DNA of 20,000 nucleotides, taken from Pseudobdellovibrionaceae bacterium (GTDB taxonomy: Bacteria; Bdellovibrionota; Bdellovibrionia; Bdellovibrionales; UBA1609). The translations under genes and the position numbers were made by a program. Shown here piece after piece: positions 8,151 through 15,651 of this stretch (positions are counted from its first letter, which is position 1; the number at the start of each line of letters is the position of its first letter). Location of the stretch: the NCBI GenBank assembly GCA_030591685.1, contig JAUVAX010000008.1, positions 50,890 to 70,889 of the forward strand, read 5' to 3'. Under the pieces are notes generated by a model. The model did no database searches, had not been told where the DNA came from, and saw only the letters and a list, made by a program, of their open reading frames with translations.

Positions 8151-9329
8151 ATGAAAAAGCATAAATATATAAACACAAGTCTATCTTTAGTAGTACTTTT
8201 AACCTTAAGTGCTTGTACAAAAAAACAACATGATGATTACCCTGCTCAACAAAAAAATAATATAGGTAAAAAGATAAACTCAGAGCCGCCGCGCTATAAA
8301 TATGAATTAGAAAATATATATAGGCACGTTAAATGGAATATTGAATTAACAGTAAATGAACCCATACACTTTGAGTCAAAAGCTGAATGCATATTCAGCA
8401 GTGTATATAGTGATACTTGTAATTTAAGGGAAATAGTGCGAGTACAGCAAGGGCCTAAAATCTATTACTTAAAGCAGGCACAGCCGGCCTCCGAAGCCTC
8501 ATCAGCGGTAAAATTAAATGCAGGTGAGCGAATTTATAAAAAATCTTATAATTTATCTACAATTAAAAAACACAAAGCCGATTTTAAAAGTCTAGAATCT
8601 GAATTCTTTAACCTTTTAGACAATTCAACACCAGTAAAAATTATTGAATTTACAGACAAAATTGACATGCCTCTCTACAGAAGGGCACTCAAAATACAGT
8701 ACCACTACCAAACGAATCGTTGTAAATCTGAGATACTTACTGAGTTGGCTCAACAGTGCCCTATAAAAAATCGAAGTATATATTTAAGCAACCTGGCTAC
8801 GAGCCTTTCTAGTATTCTAGTTCCATCAAACCTACAATTAATTGAAATTGATATTAATAGTTCTAACTTTCTAGGTTTACCGAGGATAAAAAACAACAGA
8901 CATTACCCGCATAATCGATATGCGCCAGGAATTTTTATAGAAAACCCCAGACTTAAAACTGTTCGTATTCAACTGAATAAACTCATTGACGAAAACAACC
9001 TTGTTGATTCTGTCCAGCCTACATTTCAGACGGGTTTAAAGTTTTACTCAATGTTCTGCTCTGATATTTATCAAAGAATATATATCGAGGATCTTGGAAA
9101 TAAAGATGGGAGATATTTCTCTGACGATGGAGACTATTATAACAAGGATATCGATTACAAGGCGGGGCAAGAGATTAGTTTAGAATGGGATAAAGAATTT
9201 GAAATAGTTGAACTTATAAATTTCATATCCGATGATATTTTTAATCCAAAACAAATAGTTAGTTATTTTAATGTTAATTATAAATATGACTTTAAAAAGA
9301 CCATTAACCTGGGAGCCCCTTGTGAATAA
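8151..9329 (+). CDS. Hypothetical lipoprotein (toxin operon gene 2)
   Basis: Start reassigned to ATG 8151 (GGAGG at 8141-8145; 1 nt after the previous stop). MKKHK-hydrophobic-LSAC lipobox with Cys22. Confidence 0.87.
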   Translation: MKKHKYINTSLSLVVLLTLSACTKKQHDDYPAQQKNNIGKKINSEPPRYKYELENIYRHVKWNIELTVNEPIHFESKAECIFSSVYSDTCNLREIVRVQQGPKIYYLKQAQPASEASSAVKLNAGERIYKKSYNLSTIKKHKADFKSLESEFFNLLDNSTPVKIIEFTDKIDMPLYRRALKIQYHYQTNRCKSEILTELAQQCPIKNRSIYLSNLATSLSSILVPSNLQLIEIDINSSNFLGLPRIKNNRHYPHNRYAPGIFIENPRLKTVRIQLNKLIDENNLVDSVQPTFQTGLKFYSMFCSDIYQRIYIEDLGNKDGRYFSDDGDYYNKDIDYKAGQEISLEWDKEFEIVELINFISDDIFNPKQIVSYFNVNYKYDFKKTINLGAPCE

Positions 9330-9333
9330 CTAA

Positions 9334-11202
9334 TATATATGTAGACTCAAAAAATTAACTATAATTGCACTAAGTTGCGCTTATACACCAATAGCACTGG
9401 GTAATCTATCCGTGGCAGTTGATGTAGATGTGAGCATGAACCTAACTGGCTCCCTTATGCATCACATAAAGGCCAGTCAATTAGACCCCTGCTGGCGCTT
9501 AAATGGAAAGAGGACGCCGTCAACATATGGTCCTAAAGAGGCAAGTAAAAAAATAAAAATAAATCTAGAGACCTCTAAAACACTCACTTATCATTTATAT
9601 GCCTCTGGGGTAAATGCCTCGTCAAGGTTACTAACTCATAAAATTTCTGACGATGGTGAATACCACACACTTAGAAGTTTAACCCTTAAATCAACAATAG
9701 AAAAAACTAACAATACTGAATCTGTCGAGTTAGACCTATCTGAATTAAGACCCATAGATAATAACAAGGGTCTTGGCACATACTTTAACAATAATACTTG
9801 CGAAAGCTTTAATTACAATTACATTTTTTCACAACCAAAAATTTCAGGTCATATTTTAGTGAAATATAAAATGCCTAAAAATAGTTACCTAGTTAAGGTC
9901 ACAAGAACACGTGCTGAATCACTTTTGTCTATAGAAAACAGTAAGGTTAATGGGTTTAGGGGGCTTAAAAACGCCCTTAACAGAAATCTTGATAAATCAG
10001 TGATTAAACAGACATACTATATTTGGGCAAAACCCGGCAGCACATTAATACAGGATTTTGAATACAGAGAAATGAAAGATGACTTTAGCGGTCATTTAAA
10101 ATTTAAATTCGAACCTATAATTGCGAAAGATGTAAAAATTAATACCAGTTCGTTTCGTAAGTTCACCAAAAAATTAGAAAATCTTCTAATGGCAGTTAAC
10201 ACTAAAGTACAAATTAAACCTAAGGATTTTCATCTAATAGAAGAAGAATTTGCAGAAGAAATGGCAGGAATTGTAGGGAATGAAGAAAACATACAAGAGA
10301 TAGCTAAAATACTTTCACTTAAAGAGTTATCAAGATTTCTTAATATGTTAATAACGTTAAGGGATTCAAATGTCAATCAGGCCGAATTTTCTACTGTAAA
10401 ATTGGGCATAAGTATATTTACCCATCAAATGACTCAGGCCTTATTGGCGGACCTTTTGCCTTTATGTGAAAGTATAACGATAAAACTGCCGTATAAGGAT
10501 AAAAAAATTACTACAGACATGGTTCGAGTTGCGAGTTATTTATTAAAAAAAGCGGCATTGAGGTTAGAAAACACAACCATAAAGCCATTTGAAAGCCTTA
10601 TTTCAAATATTTATGAATATCAAAAAAAAGGATTATCATTTAGTCAAATTAGAAATAACATGTCAGAGTACGAAAAAATATTAAAATCGTATTATAATGT
10701 CGCGGGCGCCATAGATGTAAGGCAAAGTCCGATCAAAGAGGCTTATAATAATATTGCATATATTTTAGATGAAACAAATAAATTAAAAATAAAAAATAAA
10801 GACCATGAAGACATACTTTTAAAATTAGAGCAGGCGATGGAATTAGAGAATAATTTCACAAATGAGCTGTCTGATTTCATTAGACTATTTTCAGGCACAA
10901 ACACTGACCCTATTAATATATCTGAATTAAAGAGAGGGGCTGAGAATATTGAAAGACTGGTGAATAAAACTATAGAAGAACTTAAATCAAACAGGGGGGT
11001 ATTTGCAGTGTCTAATAACGGGGTTCTGTTTGTTTATAACTTCATAGCATCCCTCGGAGCTCATGAAATTGATCCCTTAATAGAGCCGCTGAAATCAGAC
11101 TTAGAATATTTCAGACGTGCATTTTATGATCAGAAGTATCTAGTCAAAACATCAGAGAAAATTAAATTATGCCGCCTAGGAGTTGAAAATGAGACAGATT
11201 AA
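9334..11202 (+). CDS. Hypothetical probably exported protein (toxin operon gene 3), start region apparently disrupted
   Basis: The frame is open from 9334 and encodes a signal-peptide-like RLKKLTIIALSCAYTPIALG ahead of the first usable start (GTG 9412). Beta-rich N-terminal half, long helical/coiled-coil C-terminal half. Confidence 0.8.
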   Translation, partial: YICRLKKLTIIALSCAYTPIALGNLSVAVDVDVSMNLTGSLMHHIKASQLDPCWRLNGKRTPSTYGPKEASKKIKINLETSKTLTYHLYASGVNASSRLLTHKISDDGEYHTLRSLTLKSTIEKTNNTESVELDLSELRPIDNNKGLGTYFNNNTCESFNYNYIFSQPKISGHILVKYKMPKNSYLVKVTRTRAESLLSIENSKVNGFRGLKNALNRNLDKSVIKQTYYIWAKPGSTLIQDFEYREMKDDFSGHLKFKFEPIIAKDVKINTSSFRKFTKKLENLLMAVNTKVQIKPKDFHLIEEEFAEEMAGIVGNEENIQEIAKILSLKELSRFLNMLITLRDSNVNQAEFSTVKLGISIFTHQMTQALLADLLPLCESITIKLPYKDKKITTDMVRVASYLLKKAALRLENTTIKPFESLISNIYEYQKKGLSFSQIRNNMSEYEKILKSYYNVAGAIDVRQSPIKEAYNNIAYILDETNKLKIKNKDHEDILLKLEQAMELENNFTNELSDFIRLFSGTNTDPINISELKRGAENIERLVNKTIEELKSNRGVFAVSNNGVLFVYNFIASLGAHEIDPLIEPLKSDLEYFRRAFYDQKYLVKTSEKIKLCRLGVENETD

Positions 11203-13012
11203 AAATATATTAACACTAATTATATGTATATCTTTAAGCACGCCAGCTTTTTCTAAAAATGAGTTTATGGAGAACGCTAAGGAGTCCATTGTTGCGGCAA
11301 ACGAAGCGGCAGATAATCTGGTGGATACGTTGGTGGCACAGAATATTGCTGGCGCTCTCAATGAGGCTATATCTAAAGTTTCCTCACTAGAGGAGAATAA
11401 ACACAAAAGAGATAGTTTTGTTTTAGCTATGAAGAATCTAAAGATTAAATTTGAGAATTTTCAATCTAAGCCGCAAGATAGTTATGAAGTCACTAAAGAG
11501 GCCATTGAGGTGGCCTATGCTCAGTATATTAACTATTATAGAGAGGTCATGGATAGCTCATGGAATCCTATTTCAATTGACCATCAATTTAAATCATTAC
11601 CTAAAGTTTTGTCCTCAACACTGAGTCATATTAGGGAGCAATGCGATGCGGGGATCTCGATTGATAATTTTGAGAATATAGTTCAGTCTTCAGAGGATTT
11701 ACCGAAATATGAGTTTGATTGGGAGATAATGTTAAATCTTTCAGCAGATTATACCCCAAGTTACGCCGACTATCAGGCTTATAACTATTTAGAAGAGAAC
11801 AGCACTCGTACATTTTTATTTGATGCCTCAAAGTATGCCTTTGCAGGGTCTACAGGCGTTGCAAGCATTCAGGGGGCGGCATATTTAAATACTTTTATGG
11901 CCGGCGGGACACTGGCTTCAGCCGAACTCACTGGCGCAATAGGTACGGCCTCTAATGCTGCAATGGCAATTATGCCTTACGCCGCTGCAGCTATGGTTGT
12001 AATGGCTCTTATCATGGACATCTCAGCAAGAAACAAGTTAGACAAGTTACAAAGACAAAAGGCCGCCGCTGATGTGTATAAAATAAAAAATACAAGGCGA
12101 TCACAATGGCTAAAGGCTGAATATGCCACCCGCTGTGAAACAATGAAGGGATTACTAAGCACACTAATTACTGACTTAAATTTTGTAGCTAATAATATTA
12201 GTAATCAAAAGGCGTTGAGTGATTATTATACAAATGACCTTATGGACTTAAAAAATGCCTATAGTAAAATGGAGGATTTCAAAACCGCTAAGCAAATGCT
12301 AAAGCTTGAGTCACTATATAACAAGAAGCTTTGTGTCAGTGAGGGTGTGTATAAAAATATCGACCCAGACCTTTTTGTGTCAGCTAAAAGCAGTATACCT
12401 AAGTGTTATGCCTCTCCAGATAATTCAACCCTACATCTTGTTGACGGCAACCATTCACAACTTTTAATTAAAATTACTAAAAGTGGAAAGTTAGACATTG
12501 ATCAAAAATTCATTCAATCGTCATTGAATGAATTTAAATCTAAGGATGGCGATACGTTTTCTGACAATAAAAAAATATTCGCCACCAATAGCATGTACAT
12601 AAGGTATAAAATTTATGAAATGTTCGTAGTACAAAGAAAGAGTATTATGAATAGTATGAAGTCATTTTCAGGATCATACCTGTCTAAAGTTCAAACGCAG
12701 GCTTTTAATAGACTTCTAAATTTAATTTCAGTTTATAGAAATTTTAAATCTAGGCCAATTGATAAAATTCTTAATGACGAGCTTGATGCTCAAAAGGAGT
12801 ATAGTACCTTAGTCAGTGAGTTTAATGATCTCCTTAACTTAAGTACAAACTATATTTTTGGAAAGGTTAAAAAATCAGTTGTTAGACTTAAGAGCATGGC
12901 TTTAAATCAAAAAATGAGTAGTTTCTATGATAGATACGTATACATCGCTGAGGTTACAGACCTGATGAGAGACTTTAAAGGGTATAAACAATCACTTGGC
13001 TTTAAACATTAA
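11189..13012 (+). CDS. Hypothetical exported helical protein with a central Ala/Gly-rich hydrophobic segment (possible pore-former or translocator; operon gene 4)
   Basis: ATG 11189 after AGGAG, overlapping the previous gene. Signal peptide MRQIKNILTLIICISLSTPAFS. About 60-aa segment with a single charged residue at 11834-12016, flanked by amphipathic helices. Confidence 0.85.
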   Translation: MRQIKNILTLIICISLSTPAFSKNEFMENAKESIVAANEAADNLVDTLVAQNIAGALNEAISKVSSLEENKHKRDSFVLAMKNLKIKFENFQSKPQDSYEVTKEAIEVAYAQYINYYREVMDSSWNPISIDHQFKSLPKVLSSTLSHIREQCDAGISIDNFENIVQSSEDLPKYEFDWEIMLNLSADYTPSYADYQAYNYLEENSTRTFLFDASKYAFAGSTGVASIQGAAYLNTFMAGGTLASAELTGAIGTASNAAMAIMPYAAAAMVVMALIMDISARNKLDKLQRQKAAADVYKIKNTRRSQWLKAEYATRCETMKGLLSTLITDLNFVANNISNQKALSDYYTNDLMDLKNAYSKMEDFKTAKQMLKLESLYNKKLCVSEGVYKNIDPDLFVSAKSSIPKCYASPDNSTLHLVDGNHSQLLIKITKSGKLDIDQKFIQSSLNEFKSKDGDTFSDNKKIFATNSMYIRYKIYEMFVVQRKSIMNSMKSFSGSYLSKVQTQAFNRLLNLISVYRNFKSRPIDKILNDELDAQKEYSTLVSEFNDLLNLSTNYIFGKVKKSVVRLKSMALNQKMSSFYDRYVYIAEVTDLMRDFKGYKQSLGFKH

Positions 13013-13056
13013 GGGAATGTTTTTTAATTATTATTTACGGTTCCCTTGTTTTAAAG
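13000..13056 (+). terminator. Imperfect intergenic hairpin between gene 4 and the toxin gene (weak terminator or mRNA-stability element)
   Basis: CTTTAAA/TTTAAAG and AAGGGAA (13011-13017)/TTCCCTT (13041-13047) inverted arms; the inner stem is followed by GTTTT. Confidence 0.35.
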
Positions 13057-13082
13057 GCTCTAAGTTACTTAAGGAGTACAAT

Positions 13083-15296
13083 ATGAAGAATTTTTTAAAA
13101 ATCATATTAGGCATTAAAATAGCATTTTTTTGCATTATCTCTACGGCAGAAACAATTATTGATATTGATTATCGGGCGGTCGTCATATCAACGTCTAATG
13201 CAATGATTCCTGACTCTAATTCGCGAGTAACATATGTATTAAATGGGGTAGAGTATAGGCCAGATGGGTATATATATAATAATGATGAGCGCAGTGGCCA
13301 ATGGGGATTTATGTACAATAATACCCAGTTAATTAATATAGATGCCTATTATAATCGTATGGCTGAAAAAAATAATGAAGACTATAAAATTAATATAAAT
13401 AGCGGGGGGATTGAAGGTGGTACGCCGGGCAGTTCTGACAACGGATCTGGGTTGGTAAATCTAGGAGATCCAAAGGTTAGAGCTAAACTCGGAACGGGAT
13501 TTATAGCATCCCCCTCTGATGGTAAATCATATTATATAGGAGATAATCTGTATGAATCAGATGGAAAGGTTTATCACAGTGGAATGTGGACCGGAGAGTA
13601 CTGGGGGGTCCCTGGCTCCTTTAAAGGAGCTATTAATGGGGCTAAATCCAATGGTGGATTTTTTGATGGCCTCAGTGATGAGTTTAAAGAGGGTGCTACG
13701 GGGTCTTATAAATTTATAAGAAAATTTAAGTCCTATGTGGAGTATGACTCTAAACGAAAAAACTATGCTAAAAGTCAAAAACAAAATTATAAAAATAGAA
13801 TTAACAACATCACCAAACAAGATAGTGAAAATGCAAAAAACATTAGAGAGATCAGTGATGAAATAAAACGAGAAAAAAATAAGCACATAGACTCTATAGC
13901 GGAAGGTTCTGTAAACTCTGAAATTGAATACAAAGAACCCCGTTGGTTAAAGGGATTTAATGAAACTAAAGCTCCAATTGATCTTAATTCAGATAAAGTA
14001 AAGTTCAACATTACAGACAAGTCATATAAAAGAATTATAGAAAACTTTGAACATGCTGTGAAATATAAAGACTATAATAAAATATCGAATATCATTGAAA
14101 TGAGCATTAATAGTAGTCAGCCTCTGTCTGATGAAATTAAAGCCTATTTAAGTCCAAGTTTGATATTAATCCCTGAAAAAATTGACTCAACTCTTCCTGA
14201 GTCACCATTGTCTGAATTTGTAACTAACTGGAAACAGGATACTCACTTAGGTCAGATTGCAACGCGAACAGCCAATAAAATTCAAAAAAAGTGGGCGCAG
14301 CAAAAGGGATATAAATACTCCCCTACAGAGGATTTATTGAATTTTCTAACAACTATCAGTGTTTTTAGAAAGGCAGTTAACACTATTGATTTAGATGAAA
14401 GGCTCGCTAAAAATTTATTTAAATTAACACAAAATCTTTTAGATTTTGAGATAGGAGTCGCAATTGGGATTGGGGAGCAAGCCGTTAATATTTTACAAGG
14501 CACCCCCTTCTTGGCTAAAGAGGCAAAGGACTTTATATATAAATCCGTTTTAGATCCTAATCACGCGGTTAATACTTATCATAAAATAATAAAAAATATT
14601 CCTGAAATTAAGAAGGCCTTTTTGAATGAATTAAATCAAAAGCTTGAAACCTTAAACGATGGTTCCGCTTATCAAAGAGGAAAGCTTACGGGAGAGTTGT
14701 TTTTAGATATTGCATTGAACTTTGCTTCAGGGGGGGGCAGCGTAGCCGGACGAGCTGGTATTAAAGTTACTAATTACATGAGGAAATCATTAAAAAGGCT
14801 CTCTGCAAATAAAAAGTGGATAATTATTAACGGTGAGGCCCTTAAGGGCGTTGAAAAAGCTGTTAACACAGTGAGGAGAATAGGCATAAAACCTAAAGAT
14901 GACTTTAGTGATTTCTCTAAAGCCACTGAACAATTAACGAACAACAGCGTGGATAAGGCGTTAAAAAAGCGTTCCTCTGGCTTATCTAGCCCGGAGAGGC
15001 GTAGTCACATCCTAGAGGGTGACAAAAGTGGCGGAGGTCATAAATGGCCTGCAAAGACGGGCAAATCATCTTTCCCAAGAGACTGGAATAGTGACAAAAT
15101 TATGGAGACTATATCTGATATAGTTACTGACCCAAAAATTAAATGGCGACAGCTCACGGGAAAACCAGGAGCTACGCATACTAAAGGTGGGCTTCCAGTA
15201 AGGTATGAGGCTGTTGGAATTAAAGATGGCATAAATATAAAAGTTATTGTAGAACCAGGTGGTAAGGGCATTATAACAGCATTTCCGTTGGGGTGA
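13083..15296 (+). CDS. Secreted polymorphic toxin with C-terminal bacterial EndoU ribonuclease domain
   Basis: Start reassigned to ATG 13083 (TAAGGAG RBS; signal-peptide-like MKNFLKIILGIKIAFFCIISTA). C-terminus RSHILEGDKSGGGH...GKSSFPRDW...IITAFP matches the EndoU toxin signature seen in MafB/CdiA tips. Pre-toxin-like GKLTGELFLDIALNFASGGG. Followed by a small immunity-like gene. Confidence 0.9.
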   Translation: MKNFLKIILGIKIAFFCIISTAETIIDIDYRAVVISTSNAMIPDSNSRVTYVLNGVEYRPDGYIYNNDERSGQWGFMYNNTQLINIDAYYNRMAEKNNEDYKININSGGIEGGTPGSSDNGSGLVNLGDPKVRAKLGTGFIASPSDGKSYYIGDNLYESDGKVYHSGMWTGEYWGVPGSFKGAINGAKSNGGFFDGLSDEFKEGATGSYKFIRKFKSYVEYDSKRKNYAKSQKQNYKNRINNITKQDSENAKNIREISDEIKREKNKHIDSIAEGSVNSEIEYKEPRWLKGFNETKAPIDLNSDKVKFNITDKSYKRIIENFEHAVKYKDYNKISNIIEMSINSSQPLSDEIKAYLSPSLILIPEKIDSTLPESPLSEFVTNWKQDTHLGQIATRTANKIQKKWAQQKGYKYSPTEDLLNFLTTISVFRKAVNTIDLDERLAKNLFKLTQNLLDFEIGVAIGIGEQAVNILQGTPFLAKEAKDFIYKSVLDPNHAVNTYHKIIKNIPEIKKAFLNELNQKLETLNDGSAYQRGKLTGELFLDIALNFASGGGSVAGRAGIKVTNYMRKSLKRLSANKKWIIINGEALKGVEKAVNTVRRIGIKPKDDFSDFSKATEQLTNNSVDKALKKRSSGLSSPERRSHILEGDKSGGGHKWPAKTGKSSFPRDWNSDKIMETISDIVTDPKIKWRQLTGKPGATHTKGGLPVRYEAVGIKDGINIKVIVEPGGKGIITAFPLG

Positions 15297-15300
15297 CTCT

Positions 15301-15555
15301 ATGAATTATGAAACTGAAATAATAAGTATCGTTAAAATTTATCAACGCCAGTTTTCAAAAGATAGGGTAAAAAGCATTATCGAATTAGCTCAAAATAATG
15401 AACACGGAATTGCCCTAGAAAACCTTTGCTCTGAGATTTATGAACATAATTTACTTATTACTCGAGATGATTTTAACAAACTAAAACAAATGATCGATGA
15501 GATGGACTTGAGTAGTGTTAATATAGGTGGCCTGCGGGTTAAACCTATTAGTTGA
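15301..15555 (+). CDS. Cognate immunity protein (MafI-family-like)
   Basis: 84-aa helical cytoplasmic ORF 4 nt after the toxin stop. Motif NEHGIALENLCSEIYEHNLLI resembles the MafI-type immunity proteins paired with EndoU toxins. Confidence 0.82.
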   Translation: MNYETEIISIVKIYQRQFSKDRVKSIIELAQNNEHGIALENLCSEIYEHNLLITRDDFNKLKQMIDEMDLSSVNIGGLRVKPIS

Positions 15556-15651
15556 ATGTGAGTGGCCAAATTGAACCTTAAAGATGAACGCGGCAAAGTC
15601 TACATATACTCGACGGCTTAAGGATTTAAATTAAAAGCCTATCGATGACAA

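Noticed and set aside
6901..13050. 9-bp repeat TCCCTTGTT at 6901 and 13042 flanking genes 1-4
   Set aside because: Too short to be significant over this distance; each copy is already explained as an arm of a local inverted repeat.
12996..13082. ORF-track start (12996) for the toxin; similarly 8127 and 11183 for genes 2 and 4
   Set aside because: Downstream ATGs (13083, 8151, 11189) have good RBSs and place the signal peptides at the N-terminus.
7055..15296. Idea that the toxin operon is exported by the flagellar type III system
   Set aside because: The proteins carry Sec or lipoprotein signal peptides, which flagellar T3SS substrates lack, and the operon has its own promoter.
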